64,000 nt of DNA from Eledone cirrhosa (Eukaryota), in assembly GCA_964016885.1 (NCBI GenBank), contig OZ024745.1, positions 66,960,001-67,024,000 on the forward strand, in the 5' to 3' direction. Of the stretch, positions 54,742 through 64,000 are shown one piece after another. How positions within the stretch are numbered: the first letter of the stretch is position 1; the number at the start of each line of letters is the position of its first letter. The translations under genes were made by a program, and so were the position numbers. The notes under the pieces are model-generated. The model saw only the letters and a list, made by a program, of their open reading frames with translations. It ran no database searches and was not told where the DNA came from.

Positions 54742-57691
54742 TTCCTTGAATCTCAGTCATTGATGTTGGTTAACTGGAAAGTCCGTTGGATTGAATATCA
54801 AGCCACTACCTGCAGCCTCAGATATTCAGGACGTATCGGAGGGTTCTTGCTGTTCCAAGCAAGCATGCCTTTTGAAGCGTTCCAAAAAGCGTGAAGGGGC
54901 CGATTTTCTTTAACCATCCCTGGAAACCTTTGGAGATAGTCCCCAGTGCGCCTATGACAATCGGGATCACTTTGACTTCATGGCAGTTCCAAATCCTTTT
55001 CACCTCCCACTTTAGGTCCTGGTATCGGTTAATTTTCTCCCTCTCCTTCTCTTGCACTCTCGTGTCGAACGGGCAGGCCGCATCCACAATCAGGCACGAT
55101 CTTTTTTCTTTGTCCACAACCACCAGGTCAGGTCTATTGTGTTCCAGTTTTTTGTCCGTCTGTATCCTAAAATCCCACAGCACCTTCACCTGACTGTTCT
55201 CCATCACCGCCTCTGGCCTATGCTCATACCATTTCTCAGAATGTGGTAGATTGTTTACTTTGCACAGGTGCCAGTGGATCACCCTGCCCATCACATCGTG
55301 TCTCCAGCCCTTATAGTGGGTCTGGGCTAGGTGTTTACACTCGGACACAATGTGAGCCACAGTCTCCTCTCTCTCTCCACAGATCCTGCAAAGTGGGCTA
55401 GCCTCCTCCTTGTAGATATGGTGCTTCAACCACTTCGTTTTGATGGCCTGCTCCTGCGCAGCCATTAGCATTCCTTCTGTAGCCTTTTTGAGGTCTCCTC
55501 TTCTCAACCAGTTCCATGTCTGTGGATCTCTACATTCAGTTTTCTCAAAGAAGGTACTATGAAGGGATTTTCCCTTAAGGCTGCTCTTCCTCCTTGATGT
55601 TATTTCCTCCTTGGATATCCCCTGGCCTACTGTCCCCTCCTTCAGTACAGCTCTGAGCATTGGCTCCTTACTATAGGTCACGTATTTGTATAGGTTGTTT
55701 TTCTCCATCTGAACACAGTCCTCTATGCTGATAAGACCTCTTCCACCCTCAGATCTCCTTAGGTAGAGTCTATCGACATCACTCCTCTTGTGGAACATGT
55801 TGTAGATAGTCAATAGCTTCCTAGTCTTCCTATCCATTTCTTTTTGTTCAGCAACATTCCATCTCAGAATTCCCGCACTGTACCTAATAATAGACACAGC
55901 TCGGGAATTTACTGCGCTTATGGCATTTCTGCTGTTCAGATGTGACTTCAATACGCTCCTTACTCTCCGAATGTATTCAGTTCTTAACAATTCCTTAATT
56001 TTTTTGTTCTTTATGCCATCAGCCTCCAGAACGCCCAAATACTTGTATCCTTCCTCAGAGTCAATTTCCTTTATCATCTCACCTGTTGGTATCTGGATCC
56101 CGTTACTTCTGCTCAACCCACCCCTCCTCATCACAATGACTCCACATTTACCAATACCAAACTGCATACATATATCACTGCTGAAAATACGGACAGTGTC
56201 AACAAGCACATCCAACTCCTTCTCACTTTTCCCGAAGAGCTTAAGATCGTCCATGAAGAGGAGGTGATTGATGGTAAGCTCTCCCCTTCCCAACTTGTAT
56301 CCTGCTCTCACTTTTCGCAGCATAATGGTCAAGGGCATCAGGGCAAGGACAAACAACAGAGGGGACAGGCTATCTCCCTGGAAGATACCTCTCTTGATCT
56401 TCACGCTTCCCAAGGATACTCCAGTTGATGTCAACTCTGTCTCCCAGGACCCCATACTCCTGCCCAGCAACTGTCTGATGTTATCTGCCACCCTGAAGAT
56501 CTCCAGGCTTTTGGTGATCCAGGAATGAGGCACCATGTCAAATGCCTTTCTGTAGTCTATCCATCCCATGGCAAGATCAGTGTGTCTCCTCCTGCAATTC
56601 CCCATTACCATCTTATCAATAAGCAACTGGTCCTTTGTACCACGTGACTTCTTTCGGCATCCTTTCTGTTCGTCCGGTAACAAGTTGTTTGTGTGGAGGT
56701 GATGGTAGATTTCCTCAGACACAATGCTCGTCAACAGTTTCCACATTACGGGCAGACATGTGATAGGTCTATAGTTGGTAACATCATTACCCTTGATTCG
56801 GTCTTTCATTATCAGAACTGTGGTACCTTTTGTCAACCACTCTGGCACCTCACCCGACACCAAGCAGTCATTGAACATGGCCGTCAGCTTCGGGTGGAGG
56901 GATGTTAAATGTTTAATCCAATACCCCTGCACACCATCTGGGCCTGGTGATTTCCAGTTGGTTAGTTTTTTGGCTTGCCCCTTAAGAGTTTCAACTGTGA
57001 TACTCAAATCAGTCTGTTGTTGTGCCTGCTCACCGATCTCCCTCTCTGCTGTCTCAATCCACCCTGCCTGGGCATTGTGTCTAACATCCTGCTCCCATAT
57101 TCCTCTCCAGAATGTTTTAGTTTGTTCCGCCCCAGGGATCAAGTCGTTGCCTCTTTCTTTGCCCTCAAGCTGTCCAAACAGCATCTTCTGGTTGTTGTCG
57201 AACATGCGGTTCTGTTTATACTGACTGACTCTGTTCTCGTATCGCCTGATTTTGGCACTCTTTGCTACAATGCGTTGCTTCAATTCCTCTATGATAATAT
57301 TTAGCTTTTTACTCCTAGTTTTGTATTTTATTTCCAGTCTATTTTTAGTGCCTATGTTTTTTAGTGTCCCATTCAGTAGTGACTCAAGCTTTCCTATGTC
57401 ATTTCTCATTTCCCCGATTTGCCCACTCAGTCGCTTCTTCCACCACGGCTCTGCTCTTTCTTGTCTGTTGTTTCCTCTCGCTTTTATACCAATTAGTTTC
57501 CTCACCGTATTTGCTGTTGCTCTGAGGATATTGTTGCACTGGTGAAGGCTCCTCGCCTCAAGGTATGGGATGACTTTGTTTACCTTAGCTGTTGTTTCTT
57601 TTAACTTTTTCCTGTCTACAAATCTTAGGTTCATAGGTCTCCCACTATCATTGTTCAATTCATCTACCACTAAATTTAGGATGTCAACCGA
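54742..57691 (-). mobile_element. Dong/R4 RLE LINE copy Y, 5'-truncated, ORF open
   Basis: Same family as X; flanked by (AAT)n on both sides. Confidence 0.95.
54818..57670 (-). CDS. Reverse transcriptase, CCHC finger and restriction-like endonuclease (950 aa, N-terminus missing)
   Basis: Uninterrupted ORF: YRPITCL, DYRKAFD, FQGDSLSP, LFMDD, CRIC..HIVSEC, RHD, RPDLVVVD, EKINRY. Confidence 0.9.
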   Translation of the reverse strand: MVDELNNDSGRPMNLRFVDRKKLKETTAKVNKVIPYLEARSLHQCNNILRATANTVRKLIGIKARGNNRQERAEPWWKKRLSGQIGEMRNDIGKLESLLNGTLKNIGTKNRLEIKYKTRSKKLNIIIEELKQRIVAKSAKIRRYENRVSQYKQNRMFDNNQKMLFGQLEGKERGNDLIPGAEQTKTFWRGIWEQDVRHNAQAGWIETAEREIGEQAQQQTDLSITVETLKGQAKKLTNWKSPGPDGVQGYWIKHLTSLHPKLTAMFNDCLVSGEVPEWLTKGTTVLIMKDRIKGNDVTNYRPITCLPVMWKLLTSIVSEEIYHHLHTNNLLPDEQKGCRKKSRGTKDQLLIDKMVMGNCRRRHTDLAMGWIDYRKAFDMVPHSWITKSLEIFRVADNIRQLLGRSMGSWETELTSTGVSLGSVKIKRGIFQGDSLSPLLFVLALMPLTIMLRKVRAGYKLGRGELTINHLLFMDDLKLFGKSEKELDVLVDTVRIFSSDICMQFGIGKCGVIVMRRGGLSRSNGIQIPTGEMIKEIDSEEGYKYLGVLEADGIKNKKIKELLRTEYIRRVRSVLKSHLNSRNAISAVNSRAVSIIRYSAGILRWNVAEQKEMDRKTRKLLTIYNMFHKRSDVDRLYLRRSEGGRGLISIEDCVQMEKNNLYKYVTYSKEPMLRAVLKEGTVGQGISKEEITSRRKSSLKGKSLHSTFFEKTECRDPQTWNWLRRGDLKKATEGMLMAAQEQAIKTKWLKHHIYKEEASPLCRICGEREETVAHIVSECKHLAQTHYKGWRHDVMGRVIHWHLCKVNNLPHSEKWYEHRPEAVMENSQVKVLWDFRIQTDKKLEHNRPDLVVVDKEKRSCLIVDAACPFDTRVQEKEREKINRYQDLKWEVKRIWNCHEVKVIPIVIGALGTISKGFQGWLKKIGPFTLFGTLQKACLLGTARTLRYVLNI

Positions 57692-57761
<70 letters not shown>

Positions 57762-57764
<3 letters not shown>

Positions 57765-58089
57765 TTTGAGTCTCAGTCATTGATGTTGGTTAACTGGAAA
57801 GTTTGTTGAAATGAATATCAAGCCACTACCTGCAGCCTAAGATATTCAGGACGTATCCGAGGGTGCTTGCTGTTCCCAGCAAGCATGCCTTTTGAAGCGT
57901 TCCAAAAAGCGTGAAGGGGCCAATTTTCTTTAACCATCCCTGGAAACTTTTTGAGATAGTCCCTAGTGCGCCTATGACAGTCGGGATCACTTTCACTTCA
58001 TGGCAGTTCCAAATCCATTTTACTTCCCACTTTAAGTCCTGGTATCGGTTAATTTTCTCCCTCTCCTTCTCTTGCACTCTCGTGTCGAA
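57762..58089 (-). mobile_element. Dong/R4 LINE copy Z, severely 5'-truncated
   Basis: Last ~330 bp of the X/Y family, between AAT/ATT tracts. Confidence 0.93.
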
Positions 58090-58334
58090 TAATAATAATA
58101 ATTATTATTATTATTATTGAATGCTATGGTTGACGGAGGCTCGGCTCTGTAAGTTATTGTAAATTTTGAACGCTATAACAATTGTAAATTGTTTAAAACT
58201 TTAACCAACTTGTAGACAAAAACACCCTCCTCCTCGTGAGAGGGGTCTTTCTGCCCGTTATTTGGCCCTTCGGGGTTAAATAACTGCTTATTGGGGTTTT
58301 GTGCCCAATATTTATTTTAAACAAAAAAAACAAC

Positions 58335-60433
58335 ATGGCTAGGAAAAAGAATTTTCATAGGTCACTCCCACTCATTCCGTCTTCTTCTTCCTCAATCGTC
58401 ACTACAGCAGAGAGAAGATTATCTCTCTCCCTCCCTTCTTTAAATGTGTCTCTCTCCCTCCCTTCTCTTTCGCAAGCGACGACAGAAAAGAAAAGTCTCG
58501 TGCAAAGCGTGCAAGATTTCTCCACGACGACGACGACAACGACGAAACAGGTGTGCGGGAAATACGAAAACCCATTTCATTCGTCTGACGTCAGGAATAA
58601 TAGCAGTAGCAGCCGTAATAACAACAGCAACAGTGACAATGAAAACAACAGTAGCAGCCGCAACAGCATCAGCAGCAGCATAAACAACAACAGCATTAGC
58701 AGCAGCAACAACAACAACCACAGCAACAGCGGCGCCGGCAGTAGTCGTAGTACCTACAGCAACAACAAAAGTAACAGCAGCTCTGACGACAACAACAACA
58801 ACAACAGCAGCAAAGAAAAACCAATCTCGTTTGCAGGTATCACGAAGAACCTGGAAACAATCCTCATAACAAATGAGGAATTAGAGGAAGCGAAGAAGAT
58901 GGTGACAAAAACCGGACACCGAGCAATCTACAAGGCAGCGGAAAAATTTTTCGAAACCCAACAGCACTGTACGGTCACGTACCGTACAGTAAGTACAAAA
59001 TCCCGTAGGGTGGAAAGAGCCACAGAGGCTCAAATACAAAAAGCCTTGGGGTCTGTGTGGCAGCGGAAAACGCACATCACCCGAGGCAAGAAATATGCCA
59101 CTGTAGACGTACTTTTTGCCACACCCCAGGAGGCAAAGGCTCAATCCGTAGTGACCCTAAGGAGCGAGGAAATGGTGTTGGTGCCCTCCTACTGCGGGCA
59201 AAAAATTGTGAGGGTCGAACTGACCCACGTCCCCCTCGGGATGGCCCCTTCTTGGCTGGCCGCGTCTGTCCTCGTCGGAATCGAGGACAAAACAACTGTA
59301 CTGCAAGTACAGAAAAAAGTAAGAGAAGATTGGGTCGGCACCTCCATTGAGATTATAATCCAAACCAACCAGGAGTGCATCGAAGCTATCCCGGATGTGA
59401 TAGACTTCGATAACGGCACTCAACTGCCCATAAGTGTTGAGGGCAAACGCCCGAAATGCTTTCGCTGTGGATCGAAGACTCTCCTCAGGGCCTTCTGCAA
59501 CGAGAAGACCCTGTGAAAGGAGAAAACCCCCCTCCTTCCGAAACCGGCTCCACGGCTACCAGGAACAGGACAAGCGGCAACCAGGAACGATAGGTCCGTG
59601 GCACCCATACCCACGCCACGGAAATCAAAAACAGCAGCAGCAGTGGAAGTATTAACAACAACAACAGCAATACCAAATGCAGCTGCAACAGAGACTCCAG
59701 TGCAAACATCACCAACAACAATAAGTGAAAGAGTGGAGCTGGTACCCCTCCCCAACCTCACAGAATCAGACATGGAGTTTGAGGTGGGAGAGGGATGAAA
59801 AAAGGTCGTAAGAAGGCACAAACGCAGAAGCAGCGCATCGTCGCCTTCGAAAAGGGAGGAAAGAAATGAAAAAAGGGTAAAGTCTACTGCAAAGAGACTC
59901 ACAGCAGCAACACCACCAACACCATCACCACCCACACTAGCACCACCATCACCACCGGCGACAACCCCACCGCCAACAACACCTTCAACACCACCACCAC
60001 AAGCACCAATATCGCAAACACAACAAAACACACACACCCAGCAACAACGACAAGAAAATAGCAGAACCACACCCCACCCCCAGAAAAACAAATGCACGGC
60101 AATAAATACACACACAAGAAACTAATGACTTACATAATTGAACACACAGACATTTCACAACACGACTCCATATTACCAGCACCAATCAAAACGCCAACTA
60201 ACATAAGACTGCTAAAAATAGCACAGAAACAATACACAAACATTAAAACGAAATTCCCCAACGCAGTTGGTGATTTCAGAGACCTAGGAGGAACTATCAA
60301 CCGAAGAGTATATTCGGACATACTCATAGAAGAGCCGACGACCAGCCGAAGGGACGATTCAACGGTCCCTTCACCAGACGATCAAGTGAAAAGGGATGGA
60401 AAAACCATGCCTCCTCTACGAAAAGTACGGTAA
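58335..60433 (+). pseudogene. Tx1 ORF1 with premature stops and a frameshift
   Basis: MARKKNF..CFRCGSKTLLRAFC; TGA at 59514 and 59796. Confidence 0.85.
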
Positions 60434-60468
60434 GTGGTCTTTCCCATCTTTTCCACTCTATTTTAAAC

Positions 60469-63108
60469 ATGACCTCACTCAGAATAGGCAGCATAAATGC
60501 GCGTGGCTTGGGGTCGTCATGGAAGCAGGGTCACCTGCTCAACCACCTCAGGTCACTAAACATAGATGTAGTGGCCATCAGCGAGACCAGAATCTCCGAA
60601 GCACGGGCCTTCGCACCGATCTTCGGCGGCTACGATGTGTACGCATCTCCCAGCCGTCCTGGATCGCGGAGAGGAGTTGCTGTGCTTTTTCGGAGAGGTT
60701 TGGATCTCGCCATACGGGCCATCTTCCTGGACCCAGAGGGTAAGTTGGTGGTGCTGGACGTGACCAGCGGAGACGGGCAAGCTTTCAGGCTAGTGGCCGT
60801 CTATGCCCCGACAGGAGCAGGGCGGCCTGATTTCTTCCGGCGTCTGGAGACCTTTCTTGGAACGTCCCGCTCTTTAGTGTTAGTGGGCGACTGGAACGGG
60901 ATCTTAGATGCACGCTGGGACTGTGTGGGATTAGCGGATAGGGGTGGTGGGTGCAAGAGCCTCACCAACCTGCTCAGGCGTTTTGAACTGTCTGACAGGT
61001 ACCGATTGGATTTCCCGAATGTGCCAATATGGACTTGGACAAATCGTATATGGTCATCAAGATCATATCTAGATAGAGTATTTTGTAGGGAAATAGATAG
61101 GTCTAGCATAGGCTGTCCACAATTCAAGATAGTCAGCTACACGGACCACAAATTCGTGATCTGTGTGCTGGACTTAGATAGGCTTCATAGACGAGGACCC
61201 GGCTACTGGAAGCTAAATGCGTCCTTACCAGCGTGCAAGGCCTACAGAGACCGGATTAGCGAACTAGTTAAGCGGGCGTTGACGGGGGCTATCGTCAACA
61301 ACAAGTGGTGGTTTGCTCTGAAAAGAGCGATTAGAATATAATCCATTAGGTTTAGTAAGGCTTTAGCAATAGAGAAAAATAGAGCAGAGGGAGAACTAGT
61401 TAGAAAATTAGACGAGGCGCTTAGCAAAGGCATTGCGACCGACGTGCTTGCGGCGAAATTGGCCCTTGACCAATTCTTCAATGCAAAGCACGAAGGCTGC
61501 GTTGTCAGAGCAAGGGTGCGTGCTCTCAGACACGAGGGGACGAAAGCCGTTCAATGGGCCCGAGTGGCGGAGGCTCGTCGTGGCAACAAAGCCACGATCC
61601 GGTCTTTGGTGGACCACGACGGGTGCATGCTACTCGATCCCGGGCATATGTGTGAAGCTTTTCAGCCGCACTTCGCTCAGCTGCTCGGGGGCAGCGGTGG
61701 GCCGGGTCGAGGGATGGACTTTAGTGTCTACCTTGACGGTCTGCCGCGGCTCTCGGCCACTGAGGCGAAGTGTTGCGAAAAGCCGATAACAGCCGCTGAA
61801 GTACGGGAGGCAATGACTGGCTGCACAAGAGGTAAATCGCCTGGTTTGGATGGTCTGCCCTATGAACTTTACGTACAGATGCCAGACTTGTTCGGAGGCC
61901 TCTTGGCGGACGTCTACTGCAACTGGCAACAGAACGGGAGAAATCCCAGTTCTGTGAGCCGAGGAGCGGTGGCACTGCTGAGAAACGATCCGAACAAGGG
62001 GGATAACATAGATAATTTCTAGAAATGGGTGGAGAGGAAGCTATCCCTGAAAGGTCGAGCGGAGGTGGCTAACGCGTACATCGCGTCTGTCATCTGCTAC
62101 CGCCTGACCGTCGTACCTTGTCCTAAGCCTCGCCTGACTGCGCTGGAGCGTTTGCTCTTTCGATTTTTGTGGAAGGGACGCGCTCCGATGGTCAGGCGGT
62201 CCATCTGTTGTCAACACCCGCTACGTGGAGGGCTGGGCATGCCGTAGCTGATGATGCGCAGGCACGCGCTCAGGCTACGACATCTCCACCTCTTCCTCGA
62301 CGGTGATCAGGTGTGGTCGCCGTTTGCTAGACACGTATTTCCCCAGCTCGTTTCCTTGACGGAGCTGCAGTCCTGGGTCAAGCGAAGACCGAGAGGGAGC
62401 GCCTGGAGACTGGAATGTCTTCAGGCGCTCACAGCCCTCGACCAATCGGGCAATGTGATCGGTGGAAACTCCACCTCGGCGTTCTATAGAGGATTAGTGG
62501 AGGGGAAGAGCGACGACGTACTTGGAGAAACTCTAGGCGTCGACGAAAATCAACTAGCCAATCTCTTCGGAAGAACTTTCGGGCCAGGGCCTATGGACAA
62601 CTTCCAGAAATCTCTGGCCTGGCAGTGCTACCGAGGAGCCTTGCCAGTTCGGGATAAACTCTACAGGCATGGAGGTGCCGTCAGCCGGGCATGTCCGAGA
62701 TGCGCGCAGGGCGACGAAACCCTCCTGCACGCATTCGTCCAGTGTCCGAAAATTGCTGACTTGTGGGTTTATGTCGAACACCTGCTGTCGCGTGTAGGAC
62801 GGATCCGGCTATCATCTGAGTCCATCGTGAGGATTGCCCCGCCCTCCTCCTTTACCCGGGAAGGGCAGGCAGTGTTTATCTGTCTGGTGGCCATGGCGAA
62901 AGAGATAGTATGGTGGACACGTTTGAAAGGGCTGAAGACGAGCACTTACCTCTTCGGTGATGCTCTGATTGTCTTTTTCAAATTTCATTTGAAAAGGAAA
63001 ATCAGAGTAGAGAGGGGAGTGCTCTCTTCCCAGCATTTTGTTGAAAGATGGGTGAGAGAAGCAAGAATGGCCCGAGTGAATGGGCCTACTCTGAGTATAT
63101 ATCTGTAA
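60469..63108 (+). pseudogene. Tx1 ORF2 (APE, partial RT, C-terminal CCHC finger)
   Basis: APE motifs intact; stops at 61339, 62020 and 62245; about 780 bp of RT missing at ~62019; CPRC..LLHAFVQC present. Confidence 0.92.
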
Positions 63109-63373
63109 ATTAAAGGTGGAAAACTGGGAGAGGGCACTTGCCTTGGTGGTCAGGGTCACTGTGGCCTTTTACTGGGCTTTCTCCACAAATGTCCCTCCGA
63201 AGTCTCCCCCTATTGGGGAATTTTTCATTGTTATTTTTTTGTTACATCCTCTGTTTTTGTTTTTTACACGCAGAAATGCCCATTTGTACCGTCCTGTATT
63301 GTCCTGCACTGTCCTTAATGTCTACTTTATGTAAACCCTTGTGGTTAATAAAGAAATCATTATTATTATTATT

Positions 63374-64000
63374 ACAGTTGCATTTATCTTGCTTTATGTT
63401 CATACGAGTTATCACCAAGTCACAACCAGTGACCTCATGAGACAACAAGGTCCGCCATGTTCAAGGAAGAACATACATACTCACACATGCATCTTTAGTG
63501 TTTAGACTTGTGATGTACTTATATTGACAGAATCTTCCTTAGTATATGGGCAGTTCTCATTAGTACTATCTTTTGTATTTCTCCTATACGCGGGTTTCCT
63601 GGGATTTGCGATAAGTAATCATTAGACCTCTTAGGTATCATTCCCAGAGCGCCTACAACCACTGGTATTGTTTTAGTTCTCAATTTCCACATTTTTCCAA
63701 TTTCTATCTCCAGGTCCTGAATTTTTCAAATGTTTTTATAGATACATTCTTGTATATTGGAACAGACATATCAATTAGCAGGCATACCCTCTTTTTAATG
63801 TCCTTCAATATTATATCAGGTCTATTTGCATCTATTTTTCGGTCTGTTTGGATGCTAAAGTTCCACAAGATTGAGATGTGATCTTTTTCAAGTATGGGAG
63901 GTGGTTGATGCTCCCACCAATTCTTTTGATGGGGCAGGTCAAAATGCTTACACATTATCCAATGTATGTATTGTGCAGCTCTGTCATGCCTGTTTAGGTA
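63374..64000 (-). mobile_element. 3' part of another Dong/R4-type RLE LINE (family C)
   Basis: YLNRHDRAAQYIHW..NRPDIILKD..LIDMSVP..RTAHILRKILSI*, with the stop at 63519-63521; the 3' UTR ends in (AAT)n. Confidence 0.88.

Larger units (their letters stand above)
58119..63358 (+). mobile_element. Tx1/L1-clade LINE, copy 2, both ends intact, RT core deleted
   Basis: (ATT)n-GAATGCTATGG...AATAAAGAAATC-(ATT)n; colinear with copy 1. Confidence 0.95.

Overview
AT-rich, microsatellite-dense animal genomic DNA with no confidently identifiable host gene. The repeat content (an abundant tRNA-derived SINE with a GCCTTTCATCCTT.CGGGGTCGATAAA core, many TA/CA/CATA/ATT tracts) suggests a coleoid cephalopod such as an octopus; this is inference. 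Most long ORFs in the track are retroelement remnants and most short ones are microsatellite noise. Elements present: R4/Dong-type RLE LINEs of several families, two near-full-length Tx1/L1-type LINEs, a CRE-like fragment, a Penelope-like element (PLE) with a C-terminal GIY-YIG domain, several hammerhead-bearing PLE-type non-autonomous pieces, about 15 SINE copies, a non-autonomous Helitron and two MITEs. Highlights: (1) one Dong copy (54742-57691) carries clustered, strand-specific sense A-to-G changes relative to its tandem neighbours, as expected if an ADAR-hyperedited RNA was retrotransposed. (2) Retroelement families sort by microsatellite: (CATA)n, (ATT/AAT)n and (TA)n each host their own elements, including a 13-kb nested pile in one ATT tract. 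(3) About six distinct hammerhead ribozyme families occur, one with a CAGAAGA core, and 5' inversion breakpoints fall repeatedly inside the ribozyme. All alignments and counts were done by eye and are approximate.
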